A stretch of DNA of 64,000 bases from Patescibacteria group bacterium (GTDB taxonomy: Bacteria > Patescibacteriota > Microgenomatia > JAMCYU01): contig JAMCYU010000009.1 of NCBI GenBank assembly GCA_023473585.1, positions 19,487 to 83,486 of the forward strand, in the 5' to 3' direction. Positions 46,954 to 57,288 of this stretch are shown piece by piece. Every line of letters begins with the position of its first letter. The first letter of the stretch is position 1. Both the position numbers and the translations under genes were made by a program. The notes under the pieces were generated by a model. That model saw only the letters and a list, made by a program, of their open reading frames with translations. It was not told the origin of the DNA and ran no database searches.

Positions 46954-48023
46954 AAAAGTTGTCTAGGACGCGATAGATCCCGTACACTTGGAAAGATGTG
47001 AAAGGAATGTACAATGGCGTAACTATGAGGTTACGCTATTTATGGCCAAAAGGCCTTTCTAAACAAGTCCATCTTCTTTCCAGGGAGGGAAGAAAAAAGT
47101 TAGAGTGGATGGATTGGTATTTAACTCACGGCAAGAACGCCCGGGCAACGTGTCGGCATTTCTCTTTATCCCCAGACACCTTCTATGGGTGGAAGAAGAG
47201 ATTTAGAACCTCTGACTTAAAAAGTCTTGAAGACAACCATAAAACCAGAAGACTAAAACATCTAAGAGAAATGGTTATTCCTTTGTGGTTAATCGACAAG
47301 GTAGTTAATATCAGAAGAAATGATCCGGAGAAAAGTAAGTATGAAATTAAGGAAGAGCTAAAAAGAGAAGGGGTTAAATTAGGTTCTTCAACAATCCAGA
47401 AGATTATTAATCGTCATCCTGATCTTTTGAATTGCCAACATGTTAACCATGTAAGAAACCGTAGAAGACTGGCTATTACCAGAATTAAGGCTGCCAGAGA
47501 GCTCAAAGACAAAGACCCGGGGTCATTAGTTCAGATCGATACCAAACACTTATATATTTTAGGCCAAAGATTTTATCTTTTTGCGGCTATTGATAGCTTC
47601 TCCCGGATGGGTTATATTTCCTGTTACCAAACAGGTTCGTCACTTTCTGCCAGATTCTTTTTAGAAGAATTAAAGGAATATTTCCCTTTGGACATTAAGG
47701 CCATTCAAACAGACAATGGATCAGAGTATCTTTTAAACTTCCACCAAGCCTGTCAAGGTTTAGGTCTAACCCATTATTTTACAGATCCCTATTGTCCTAA
47801 ACAAAATGGCCGAGTCGAAAGATTTATTCAAACAGCCACTTACGAGTTCTTCAACTGGCAGGATGATCTTTTAGATGATATATTAATGCTTAAGGAAAGT
47901 TGCCAGAGATTTAATATTAAGTACAACAACGAACGATTTAATCAGGCCTTAAACTACCTGACACCAAAAGAATATTTACAAGAGAGGCAAGCGTACGTCA
48001 TCTAGGTGTCCAGCACAAAAGTT
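46954..48023 (+). mobile_element. IS481-family insertion sequence (approximate ends)
   Basis: Single transposase ORF flanked by imperfect inverted repeats (left AAAAGTTGTCTAGGAC, right GTCCAGCACAAAAGTT). Both ends contain TCTAGG. Confidence 0.55.
46998..48005 (+). CDS. IS481-family DDE transposase (HTH + rve integrase core)
   Basis: QIDTKHL ... DNGSEY ... NGRVERF DDE triad and a C-terminal LNYLTPKEY. Confidence 0.8.
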   Translation: MKGMYNGVTMRLRYLWPKGLSKQVHLLSREGRKKLEWMDWYLTHGKNARATCRHFSLSPDTFYGWKKRFRTSDLKSLEDNHKTRRLKHLREMVIPLWLIDKVVNIRRNDPEKSKYEIKEELKREGVKLGSSTIQKIINRHPDLLNCQHVNHVRNRRRLAITRIKAARELKDKDPGSLVQIDTKHLYILGQRFYLFAAIDSFSRMGYISCYQTGSSLSARFFLEELKEYFPLDIKAIQTDNGSEYLLNFHQACQGLGLTHYFTDPYCPKQNGRVERFIQTATYEFFNWQDDLLDDILMLKESCQRFNIKYNNERFNQALNYLTPKEYLQERQAYVI

Positions 48024-48058
48024 TGACACACTTTCTTTTACGTGTTAAGGTAGATACG

Positions 48059-48559
48059 ATGATGAAAAAAATAATCTCTTTAATTTTTATCGCTGCTCCC
48101 TTAATTTTAGCTTCATCCTCTGCCACGCTCGCTCACGCGAAAAGTCCTGTTGTCTCGCCGGCCAATCCCACAACCACGCCCACAATCATGCCGACAATCA
48201 CTCCAACACCGACCATCGTTAAAAGTGATTTTGCCATAGATTTAGAGGAGGGCGAAAAAGAGACAGCCAATGACGAAGAAGTGAAAAAACACCAAAAAGA
48301 GCAAAAAGACAATGAGAATGTCGGCGTCAACGAACAGGGCGAAGATGAAAACGAACAAGAAGAAATTGAAGAAAAGGATATGGAGCAGTCAAGCGAGGAT
48401 TTAAATGAAGATTTGGACGAAGAAGAAAACGATAACGACAAAAATCCAGAACAAGAGGAAAATGAAGAGGAAGAAGAAACAATTGAAAATAGAAATGTCA
48501 CCCCGGGAGTAACCAGTACTTCCCGTGAACAACCTGCCAATGGAAGAAATAACAACTAA
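48059..48559 (+). CDS. secreted, highly acidic low-complexity protein
   Basis: Signal peptide MMKKIISLIFIAAPLILASS, then PT-rich and E/D/N-rich repeats. Confidence 0.4.
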   Translation: MMKKIISLIFIAAPLILASSSATLAHAKSPVVSPANPTTTPTIMPTITPTPTIVKSDFAIDLEEGEKETANDEEVKKHQKEQKDNENVGVNEQGEDENEQEEIEEKDMEQSSEDLNEDLDEEENDNDKNPEQEENEEEEETIENRNVTPGVTSTSREQPANGRNNN

Positions 48560-49172
48560 ACCAATTTCTGAAACCAAAACAAATCTGCCGGCTAATGATG
48601 GAGAAGTCAAACCTACGTCAGTGCCGGATGAGACGCCAATTCTGCCCCAAAAATCCCCAAATTCACCAAAGACTTTATGGTATATTCTCGGCGGAATCGT
48701 CGTGGTTCTTCTGATTTCAATTGCCGGAATATTTGCCGCTTTACAAAAACCCAAAAAAACCACCCTGCCGACAGCGCAGCCGACTATTCAACAACCAATA
48801 CCTTCACCAAAACCAACCCTACCTCGCAGTAAAGCGCCTGGGATCGTTACTAATGTCCTAACCGCCTCCTCTCTTGACGCCCAAGGCAAAGCTGTGACCC
48901 CGATTACGACTTTTGCTAAAACAGAAAAAAACATTTATCTGGCCTTAACGGTTAATAAGCCAGCCGTGGGAACAAAAATTGAATATATCAGATATTTAAA
49001 CGGAAAATATTTGGATAATGGCACCAATAAAATCTTAAAACCCAATATTACTTACACGAGTTTTGTTTGGAGCTTAACTAAAACTGGAGCCGCACATCCG
49101 ATAGGAACCTATAAAGTCAAGGCCTACACCAACGGCGTCTTTGAAAAAGAAACTTCATACACGGTTCAATAA
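48540..49172 (+). CDS. membrane-anchored extracytoplasmic protein
   Basis: TM LWYILGGIVVVLLISIAGIFAAL, then a Pro-rich linker and a beta-rich domain. It overlaps the previous ORF in another frame. Confidence 0.4.
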   Translation: MEEITTKPISETKTNLPANDGEVKPTSVPDETPILPQKSPNSPKTLWYILGGIVVVLLISIAGIFAALQKPKKTTLPTAQPTIQQPIPSPKPTLPRSKAPGIVTNVLTASSLDAQGKAVTPITTFAKTEKNIYLALTVNKPAVGTKIEYIRYLNGKYLDNGTNKILKPNITYTSFVWSLTKTGAAHPIGTYKVKAYTNGVFEKETSYTVQ

Positions 49173-49197
49173 CCTCGCTAGTACTTTTGCTCCCAGT

Positions 49198-49614
49198 TTA
49201 AGGGACTCTATCCTTAGGGTTGGCTTGCTTTTTTTGGGTATTAAAAAATCCTGAAATAAACACAAAAATACCACTAATCAAAACCAGCCATTTGGCGATA
49301 AAAATCCAAATAAATAATATTTGAGCTTCCGAAGGGACCATTAGAGCCGATATTGACATCATGGTAAGTACCGGCCCGGGTAAAAGAGGAATAAAAGAAT
49401 AAAACAAACCAAGGAAAAGCAAAATGATACCAATAAATAAATTATTTCTTTTAGTTAAAAGCAAGACTAAACAAAAAATAATCGCCACGTTAAAAAACAT
49501 CAGCCATAAATACAAACCCAATAAGCCGGCTTTAATAATCACCCAGAGTAAATCAACAAGGAGTAAAAATCCCAAGATTTTGCGTATCCAAAGAAGTATT
49601 TTATAAAACAGCAA
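49198..49614 (-). CDS. small polytopic membrane protein
   Basis: 138 aa with 4 TM. Confidence 0.4.
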   Translation of the reverse strand: MLFYKILLWIRKILGFLLLVDLLWVIIKAGLLGLYLWLMFFNVAIIFCLVLLLTKRNNLFIGIILLFLGLFYSFIPLLPGPVLTMMSISALMVPSEAQILFIWIFIAKWLVLISGIFVFISGFFNTQKKQANPKDRVP

Positions 49615-49792
49615 CGGAAGAACGGTTTTTTGGACTTTTTCTTTAATAAAAACCCATCAATAATAAAATAATTCCCAAAATCAGAAAATCCAAAGAGATA
49701 CTGGCAACAAAATCAGATTTAAAAAAGATAAAGGTTGAAAGAAAAGAAAATACGGAAGCGAAGATAATCAAAAGGCCGATTTTTTTCACTAA

Positions 49793-50899
49793 CTAAAGTT
49801 TTTGAGTAAACCAGAGTTTAATTTCTTCTAATGCCTTGGAGTTTTTGATCGTCCAGCCGCCTAAATCGGCCGGCGGGTCTAAGATGATAAATCCGGCAAC
49901 TTGTTCTTTTCCTTGCTCGAAAATAATTTGGTGAACTTTAACCTTGCCCTCTTCGCTAAATTTTAAGGCCCCGCCCCAGACTCCCACTTCGGCAAAAATA
50001 ACTTTGGGAACAGCGTCTCTTTTGGCCGCCTTGTTGGCGTTTTCAACCGCACCTTTTACGATGGATGGAAAAGAGGAAAGGCTTTGGGTTTCTGCTCCTC
50101 CGGGCGCCGTAAAATCGATTCCCAGAAGATCATAACCCTTAAAATTAATCTGTTGGATTTGCGGATTAACTCCCAAGCCGACTTTCCATAAAACCTTGCC
50201 CTTATAATTACTTTTTATTTTCGGCAGGATTTTTTGCCCCCAGGAAGAAGAAACCCCTATTCCCAGCTTCATATCCGCCTCATTAAGGGGCGAGAAAAAC
50301 TCAAATTGATATTTTTGGGCCAATTTAGACAGATCTTCAATTAAACTGTCGTATTTATCCATAAAACCAGGAGTAGCGGCTACTTCTTTAGGGATTCGCC
50401 TCGGTTCGCCCCCGGAACGGCTGTTTAAATCAGTGGCGTAGTCAAGTTCCGGCGACATAAAAACCCTGATGCCGGCTTGATAATATCTGGCCGTTATTTC
50501 GTTTAAACGCTGATCCAAATAATCCAAGGGAAGAGCTTGGATTTCGCCTTTATCGTTAATTTTAATATTCGGCGCGATCCCGACAATATTGACGCCCGTA
50601 GCGCGCAAGATTTTGGTATCGTTCATCGGCTGGCAGGCATCTTCCATAAAAGAACAGGGCAGCCAAAAGCCTTTGTAAACAGAGACTTTTCCCGAAGGAG
50701 GTTTTACTTTTGGCTTAAGAGTATCGAGAGAATATGATCCGGCACCACCAGGCCGCCCTCCCCAATCTTGGCTCGGTCCTCCTCCTGGCGGCCCGCCGCG
50801 GAAACGACCTTGTCCAATTAAAGCCGCAACCATACCCACGATCACAATCAGAATAAAAACTAAGAATAATTTACGAAGAGACAATTTCTTTAGTACCAT
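49793..50899 (-). CDS. secreted GH5-like (clan GH-A TIM-barrel) glycoside hydrolase candidate, paralog A
   Basis: Signal anchor, Gly/Pro-rich linker, SPLNEAD (NEP-like acid/base) and FAEVG (TExG-like nucleophile) motifs. Confidence 0.4.
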   Translation of the reverse strand: MVLKKLSLRKLFLVFILIVIVGMVAALIGQGRFRGGPPGGGPSQDWGGRPGGAGSYSLDTLKPKVKPPSGKVSVYKGFWLPCSFMEDACQPMNDTKILRATGVNIVGIAPNIKINDKGEIQALPLDYLDQRLNEITARYYQAGIRVFMSPELDYATDLNSRSGGEPRRIPKEVAATPGFMDKYDSLIEDLSKLAQKYQFEFFSPLNEADMKLGIGVSSSWGQKILPKIKSNYKGKVLWKVGLGVNPQIQQINFKGYDLLGIDFTAPGGAETQSLSSFPSIVKGAVENANKAAKRDAVPKVIFAEVGVWGGALKFSEEGKVKVHQIIFEQGKEQVAGFIILDPPADLGGWTIKNSKALEEIKLWFTQKL

Positions 50900-51050
50900 A
50901 AAAGATTATTACGTGTCAGATTGTAAATGCTTTTTAGGATTCGCTTTGTCTAATTACCGCTTTTAGGCAAAGACTCACACACCACGCCGTCTTTGTCGCC
51001 ATCAAGACGGTTGATGTCGTTCCTGTGCCTCCGACTTTTTCAAAAAAGGC

Positions 51051-51416
51051 CTAGGCTTGGGGTTGAGTTTTAAAATCATCACAGTTATAATCATTGGCTT
51101 TTTTCCCTTTAGAAGAGTCCGTGGTGATATTTCCTAATTTATCAAAAAGAAGATTTCCCTGTTTGTCTCGGCTGACCTTTGATTCTTGAAAAGATTTTGT
51201 CTGCCAAAGTTTTCCTAAATCCCAATCATTCTGTGAAACTTCAAGTCCCAAAGCCGCCAAAAGGGCAATAAAAGCGACTATAAGGACAAGCCGCAGTTTT
51301 TCAAAGAAAAAAAACAGGATGGCGACAATAGCCAGAAGAAAAATAATAAACCAAAGCCGAAATTTATGGCTGCCCCTAGCTTGTTGAAGCATTGAAGGTT
51401 TTTCTTCTTCCTTCAT
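51051..51416 (-). CDS. small membrane protein
   Basis: 2 TM. 121 aa. Confidence 0.35.
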   Translation of the reverse strand: MKEEEKPSMLQQARGSHKFRLWFIIFLLAIVAILFFFFEKLRLVLIVAFIALLAALGLEVSQNDWDLGKLWQTKSFQESKVSRDKQGNLLFDKLGNITTDSSKGKKANDYNCDDFKTQPQA

Positions 51417-51474
51417 AATTTTATTATATTTTTTCGTTGGTTAATTTGCAATACATAAAAGGAGTAATTTTAAA

Positions 51475-51750
51475 TCAAGACTTATGGGAAGACAGGTGTT
51501 TATTTGAAATCCTGATTTCGCTATGAACATGGTAAAGAGCGGCAAGAATCGCTAGGGATAAATAGACATTCCAAATAGGGATGTCATAGAATGTTGCACA
51601 GGGACTTTTTGATATAGGCGAAATGACTCCGCAGATCGCACTGTATAATTCCCGGTCAAAATTAAACATATCGACAACAGCAACCAGAAAGAAAAGTAAG
51701 AGAAAGATGAAGAATAAACTATGATAACGAATTACGCTTATAAATTTCAT
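51475..51750 (-). CDS. small membrane protein
   Basis: 2-3 TM. 91 aa. Confidence 0.3.
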   Translation of the reverse strand: MKFISVIRYHSLFFIFLLLFFLVAVVDMFNFDRELYSAICGVISPISKSPCATFYDIPIWNVYLSLAILAALYHVHSEIRISNKHLSSHKS

Positions 51751-52044
51751 CTCTCTTTTATAGTATACGCTTCTTTTAAAACTTGCAAGTCTCTAAAAAC
51801 AGGGAGATAAAATCAAGCCGATACTAGGCATGAAGGATTTCCGAAGAATCAAATCATTTCAGTTTTTACTTAAAGAGAACTTATTATTATTCCTCCGACA
51901 ATACTCGCAATTAAAGCTATCAAAAACCAATTCATGGTTGAAGTATATCAAAAAAGTCTTCTAAGTTAATACACTGTATTTTTAGTTGTAAAAAATATTG
52001 AAATTTGTTTAACTTATATTAGGGTTAAACCAATATAAAAAACA

Positions 52045-53175
52045 ATGAAGAGAATTAAATTATCCAAACGGCAATTTGGGCTTATTGTTTTAGGTTTACT
52101 GGTTCTGCTTAGTTCTCTTTTTTTTATTTATTTTCGGCAAAACCGGCTGGGCTTCTTAAACGGTGGGCCTGGACAACAACCAGGCCGGGGACAAAGGCCG
52201 GAAGGGGCGCAAGATTTTGGCGGATCCCCTCAAACGACAAATAAACCCCGCTGGAGTGGTCCAATTCCCACTCCTCCTAAAGATAAAATTACTTTTTATA
52301 AAGGCCTTTGGGCAGGCACGTGGTTTTACCCTGAACAATATAGCGGAGTAAAACCTGAACCTGAAAAATATAAAAGTTGGGGAGTAAATATTGTTAATAT
52401 TCAACCGGGTTTTGAGATTAACAGCCGCGGCGAGACGCGCTATCCCATAGACTATCCCACTTATGAAGATCTAGATGCCTGGTTTGGCCAGTTGGCTGAA
52501 TTATTTTATAAAAACAATATCCATCTGGCGATGACGGTGATGATTCATTATAAAGAAGAATTTGTTCGCGGCGTTGACTGGGGAGGAGAAACCGCCTATG
52601 TTCCCAAAGAAAAAACTCAAAGTCAAGGGTATTTTAAAAATTATGATGTCATCGTACAGGATATGGCTAAAATTGCCGAGAAATACCATTTTGATCTCTT
52701 TAGTCCGATGGGAGAACCGGAAAACGTGTTTTTGGATGCCAAACTGGCCTCTGACTGGAACCAGCAAATTCTTCCCAAGATTAAAAAATATTATCACGGA
52801 AAGGTTTATTACAAAGGAGATTTACATAAAGGCCAAGGAAACACCATGAACTTTAAGGGCTATGACGTTTTGGGAATGGTTACCAGCCCTACTGAACCAC
52901 AGGCGACTAAAGAAGAATTAAGAAAGTCGTTTGATTTTGACATGGAGAGAGTTCTTGTTTGGGCAAAACGAGATGGGGCTTCCGAGGTAGTAATATCTGA
53001 ACATGGTTATCTGGGAGAAAACAAAATGGCCCCACCTGAAAATATTGGAATTGTTTTGGAAGAAGGTAGTAAAAAATTAAACGGGGTCTTTTTGACCGAA
53101 CCCTTCCCCGCCGTTTTAAAAACAACCCAAGGAGAACAAATAGTTGGAGAGATGAAACGATGGTTTCTAAAATGA
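52045..53175 (+). CDS. secreted GH5-like glycoside hydrolase candidate, paralog B
   Basis: Same architecture as 49793-50899 (signal anchor, GP-rich linker, SPMGEPE and ISEHG motifs). Oriented divergently. Confidence 0.4.
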   Translation: MKRIKLSKRQFGLIVLGLLVLLSSLFFIYFRQNRLGFLNGGPGQQPGRGQRPEGAQDFGGSPQTTNKPRWSGPIPTPPKDKITFYKGLWAGTWFYPEQYSGVKPEPEKYKSWGVNIVNIQPGFEINSRGETRYPIDYPTYEDLDAWFGQLAELFYKNNIHLAMTVMIHYKEEFVRGVDWGGETAYVPKEKTQSQGYFKNYDVIVQDMAKIAEKYHFDLFSPMGEPENVFLDAKLASDWNQQILPKIKKYYHGKVYYKGDLHKGQGNTMNFKGYDVLGMVTSPTEPQATKEELRKSFDFDMERVLVWAKRDGASEVVISEHGYLGENKMAPPENIGIVLEEGSKKLNGVFLTEPFPAVLKTTQGEQIVGEMKRWFLK

Positions 53176-53807
53176 AAACAATCGCCTACGTTTCGGGGAA
53201 AATCGAAACAAGGAGTCGAGAATGTTTTGTTGGGGATCAAAAAGTCGATTGCCCGCAAAGTGGTAAAGCGTTTACCACCGGAGGCGACAAACTCGATCTC
53301 TTGCCGCAAATTCCTTTTTTGGAAAAACGCGGTGATCCGATTTTCTTCACCATTCTCCTTGCCACCATTATCTTTTTTGCCGCGCTAACCGTATTCAGGA
53401 TTAAAATTTTTGGCAAAACTTTGGCAGAATACATTAAGCCAATTTGGTTTCTTATTTTAATTTCCATCGCGGCTGTAGCCTGGCAGTATTTGTTTGGACT
53501 GAAGATTGATGATAATTTTATGTCAATAAAGATTAGCCAGTGGCTTTGGGAGATATGTATTGCCGTTTCGGCTTATAAATTAATTAAAAACTCAAATTTT
53601 GGCTATGGCAATTTGTTTTTCTTGGGAATTTTGTACAGTCTCATTATTCACGGACTAAAGGTCACGGTTAGATACCTTTTTTACGAAAAGACGTTTTTAT
53701 ATCTAGCTGACAGGTTTTTATACGGGAGTTTGCTCGTAATGATGATTATCTTTATGGGCGGATCAATGTTTCTCTACTTCAGGCAAAAAGGGATAATCAA
53801 ATTTTAA
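53160..53807 (+). CDS. polytopic membrane protein
   Basis: 215 aa with 5 TM. 16-nt overlap with the previous gene. Confidence 0.4.
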   Translation: MVSKMKTIAYVSGKIETRSRECFVGDQKVDCPQSGKAFTTGGDKLDLLPQIPFLEKRGDPIFFTILLATIIFFAALTVFRIKIFGKTLAEYIKPIWFLILISIAAVAWQYLFGLKIDDNFMSIKISQWLWEICIAVSAYKLIKNSNFGYGNLFFLGILYSLIIHGLKVTVRYLFYEKTFLYLADRFLYGSLLVMMIIFMGGSMFLYFRQKGIIKF

Positions 53808-53808
53808 A

Positions 53809-55977
53809 CTAATCCCCTCCCGAACAATCCTTAGGGCAGCTTTCTTTTGTCTCACCCAAACCTGGTTCACAAATAGTATTTCCGCACCCGCTTTCAGTCT
53901 TTCCTCTATTAATTACACCGTCTTTATTTTCATTCTTAATCACTTTCCCTGACGCTGGTTTTGTCTGCTCACCCTGTTTTAATAATTTTGCATCAGGGTT
54001 CTTATTAAATAAAACTGTTGTTATCGTCAGAATCAAAAATAAGGTCGTCAAGATTATCAGCGCTATGGTAACTTTTTTCCCTGTAAGTTTTAAAAAAGAA
54101 AGTTTAGAAATGTTAAACTGTGTCAGTATCTTTTTTTGACTCTCAAGGAATTTTAATTTTCTAACTGCCGTAAAAAGCCCAAGCAATAGTGCAAATCCTA
54201 AAAAGCCAAAACCAAACAACATGCCCGGGAGTTTTCCTCTGGTTGTTTTAAAATTCGGGTCGCAATCTTGTTTGCAATTATCAATTGCTTCCGGTCCTTC
54301 GCATTTTCCATCGCCACAAAGACTTGTCGCTGCTTTTTGACCCGTGCCATCTCCTCCCATCGTGTCATTTCTGGGTTTTGGCTCGATAACCGTCGTACAT
54401 GGGAAAGTTTTACCGCTGCTATTAATGCTTTCAAAAAAATAAACTGATCCTCCCGTTCCAGCTGCGATATATTTTCCATTTCCTGAAATATCGATTTCCT
54501 CAACATATTCATCAAAAGAAATCTCTTTTCCGACTTCGTTACCTTTTTCAAAAAGATGAAGTTTTTTGTCTGTTCCGCCGGCCGCGATAAAACTGCCGTC
54601 ATCACTTATATCCACCCCTCCCAAAGCCGTGTTGTTGACAACCCACGTAGCAACAGGAGAACTTTTATCCTTTTCAAAAATATACGCCTGCCCGCCAAAA
54701 GTCGCCGCCCCAATAAACTTTCCATCAGGGGTAAAGTTTAAGGCTCTGACCGAACTGCCATTTTGCGTTGGGAATTTCCATACCGGTTCTTTAGAATCTG
54801 TTTTAAAAAGAAAAACGGCTCCGGCGTCAGATTCGCTGCCGATAGCCGCGAGTGTTCCGTCAGCAGAAATTTTTGCCCGATGGACAGGAGAATCTCTGGT
54901 TAGCATCTCTGATTGAATCAGCGGCGTGTTTGAGTCACGCGAAAAAACATAAAATCTTCTATCCGGGCAACCTGTTGCGCCAACAACGAATTTTCCATCG
55001 CTGGACAAAGAAACGTCATGGAAATTACCGGAAGAGTGATATTGCCACAGCGGTTTTTCGCTTTTTTCGTTCCATAAAATAAGAAGATTTGAATTGGTGT
55101 TTGATTCTGTTCCGCCTGTTCCGGCGGCCATATATTTCCCGTCTTTGGAAATGGCCACGTTATAGGCATTTCCTACATGATTATAGCGCCATAAAGGCTT
55201 ATTGCTTGAGCTATCAAAGAAAAGAGTGCTTTCGGCAATTGAAGCAATAATTTTTGAGCCGTCTTCGGAAATAGCGATTCCGCCTTTTAGATCTCCCCCG
55301 ATTTCATTATTCTGATCATGGGTGTAAACCCATTTAGGTTCTTTGGTATTATTCAAGTCAAAGAAATAAACATGGCGCGAGGTTTTAGCCGCTAAATACT
55401 TTCCGTCATCCGACAAGGCCACTCCGCCAACCCATTCTTCTTTAGTCGGATAGCTTAAAACCTTTTGTCCGTTTTTACTGTCTATAACCGCAATTTCATT
55501 TTTGTCAAAAGCGCTATCAAAAAGAACCGGCCCATTATCAGGAGAATCGATTATTGAGGCGCGCGCTTTTCCTAAACCGTTTGAGGCCTCAAAATAGTAA
55601 AAGTTAGATCCCAGTTTATTGGGAACAAATTTATATTCGTAGCTAACACCCTTTTGGTAATCTTCCTTGCTCGGTGAAACATCTGGAGAAGTTGTATCCA
55701 TCTCAATCGGTTTGCCGTTAAAGATAATTCTCATGTATTCGGGTTTTCGGCCTTCTTTATCGCGATAAGTAACCGTATATGTATATCTTTGGCAAACCGG
55801 TCCCCACATGGGATAAACGAAATTATTAAAAAGTTCAGGATCATTTGGCGTTTTTGGAAGCTTGGGAATAATACCGGAAGTTGTCCATGAGTTTGGAATA
55901 TTTTTATCTTCGGCAAAGACGGGATTAAAAAAGGAAAAAGCAAAAATAAAGATTAAAACCAACCCTAACTTTTTCAT
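53809..55977 (-). CDS. large secreted beta-propeller repeat protein (PQQ/WD40-like repeats) with C-terminal TM and Cys-rich tail
   Basis: Signal peptide. At least 8 repeats of the type [IL]S.DGK[YF][IL]AAG[TG]. TM near residue 590. C-terminal CGNTICEPG...CPKDC. Confidence 0.6.
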   Translation of the reverse strand: MKKLGLVLIFIFAFSFFNPVFAEDKNIPNSWTTSGIIPKLPKTPNDPELFNNFVYPMWGPVCQRYTYTVTYRDKEGRKPEYMRIIFNGKPIEMDTTSPDVSPSKEDYQKGVSYEYKFVPNKLGSNFYYFEASNGLGKARASIIDSPDNGPVLFDSAFDKNEIAVIDSKNGQKVLSYPTKEEWVGGVALSDDGKYLAAKTSRHVYFFDLNNTKEPKWVYTHDQNNEIGGDLKGGIAISEDGSKIIASIAESTLFFDSSSNKPLWRYNHVGNAYNVAISKDGKYMAAGTGGTESNTNSNLLILWNEKSEKPLWQYHSSGNFHDVSLSSDGKFVVGATGCPDRRFYVFSRDSNTPLIQSEMLTRDSPVHRAKISADGTLAAIGSESDAGAVFLFKTDSKEPVWKFPTQNGSSVRALNFTPDGKFIGAATFGGQAYIFEKDKSSPVATWVVNNTALGGVDISDDGSFIAAGGTDKKLHLFEKGNEVGKEISFDEYVEEIDISGNGKYIAAGTGGSVYFFESINSSGKTFPCTTVIEPKPRNDTMGGDGTGQKAATSLCGDGKCEGPEAIDNCKQDCDPNFKTTRGKLPGMLFGFGFLGFALLLGLFTAVRKLKFLESQKKILTQFNISKLSFLKLTGKKVTIALIILTTLFLILTITTVLFNKNPDAKLLKQGEQTKPASGKVIKNENKDGVINRGKTESGCGNTICEPGLGETKESCPKDCSGGD

Positions 55978-56351
55978 ACTCTATTTCATTCTAGCAAAAA
56001 ATTAAACAGGAAGTAAATTGTGAAGTCATATTAAGTGCCAACTGGTTTACACTGAGTTTATCGAATGTGCTCGAACGATGGTATGATTATAGAACAACTG
56101 ACTGGGCAAGTGAGCTGGAATATCCAGAGTTTACAACGAAGGAAGTGAATCGCTTCCTTCACATTAACTCGCGCTTTCTGGCTTCACCTCCCATGCCTAT
56201 TCCATCAAGAAACGAACTGCTTCATCCAGCGTAACGCCGTCTGTTGGCTTGTAGCAGGCTTTCATGACTGGGACGGCGTAAGTTTTACTTCTGTTTGGCT
56301 TCATCAACCCTGTTAAGCATATGTTAAGGATGCAGAAAAATTAAAGACTGG

Positions 56352-57284
56352 TTACCAAAACCTCCAACCCTTTAAGGCTCTTTCATAGACTCGGGAGGGT
56401 TTAGAACCTACAAACACCTCACCATTAATAAAAATAGTTGGCGTTCCGTAAATGTGGATTTTCTGAAGCTCAACAGACTGTTTGCCGACTGCTTCTTGAG
56501 TAGATGGATCAGCTATACATTTTTTAATTTCGGAAAGATTATAACCAACCCCTGAAGCAATATTCTCGACAAAACTGACGCTGCTGATCTTTTCTTTATC
56601 AGAAGCGAATATCTTATCGTTAAGCTGCCAAAACTTATCCTGATCCTGTTTGTAAGCACAGTAACCAAACTCTGATAGAAAATTTGTCTCACTCTTAACT
56701 GGGAAGTGGGCAAAAGTAAAACTCACATCGTTACTTTTGACCAGCTTTTGAATCATCGGATAAGCCTTGCGGGTATAATCACACTCATAGCAACCGATAA
56801 AAACAATTTTATCTTTGGCGTTTTTGTTTTTGACAGGGAAAATATCAAGATTAACTCCGCTTAAAGTCAAATCTTTTTCTGTGGTCTTCTCTGAACTACA
56901 CTGGGTAGAAACCTGTGATACTTTATTATTTTCTCCCGCAGGGTCAAACACACAAAAACCTGATTTATTTAACCCGTTACAGCTTCCATAAAGGTAGTAG
57001 TTGTATCCACCTTTAATAACAAAAAGGGTGCTTCCAATGGTCAAAATTACGAATGTCCAAGATATCAGCTCAAAGTGTTTATTAAAGATACGAGCAGCAA
57101 GGACAGAACGACTTAATAATTTCCCCACAATCTTGCCTTTAATTTTTTCATTGAAGCCTGTCGTGCAAGGTCTAAAGGTAACCCGCCTTAACACACAATC
57201 AAGTGCTTCTTTGGCTAAAGCACGGTGAGTAGCGCTAAAAATACCCAAGATTGAAAAGACAATAAGAGCAATGATGCAAATCAT
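56352..57284 (-). CDS. membrane-anchored thiol-disulfide oxidoreductase (DsbA-like thioredoxin fold)
   Basis: N-terminal TMs with paired Cys, and a C-terminal thioredoxin-like domain with CYEC (CxxC). Confidence 0.5.
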   Translation of the reverse strand: MICIIALIVFSILGIFSATHRALAKEALDCVLRRVTFRPCTTGFNEKIKGKIVGKLLSRSVLAARIFNKHFELISWTFVILTIGSTLFVIKGGYNYYLYGSCNGLNKSGFCVFDPAGENNKVSQVSTQCSSEKTTEKDLTLSGVNLDIFPVKNKNAKDKIVFIGCYECDYTRKAYPMIQKLVKSNDVSFTFAHFPVKSETNFLSEFGYCAYKQDQDKFWQLNDKIFASDKEKISSVSFVENIASGVGYNLSEIKKCIADPSTQEAVGKQSVELQKIHIYGTPTIFINGEVFVGSKPSRVYERALKGWRFW

Positions 57285-57288
57285 ATAT

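Noticed and set aside
48023-49172. Single frameshifted gene spanning the two overlapping ORFs
   Set aside because: Both ORFs have independent plausible starts, and the products are of different nature (acidic secreted vs TM-anchored). There is not enough evidence for a frameshift, so I kept them as two genes.
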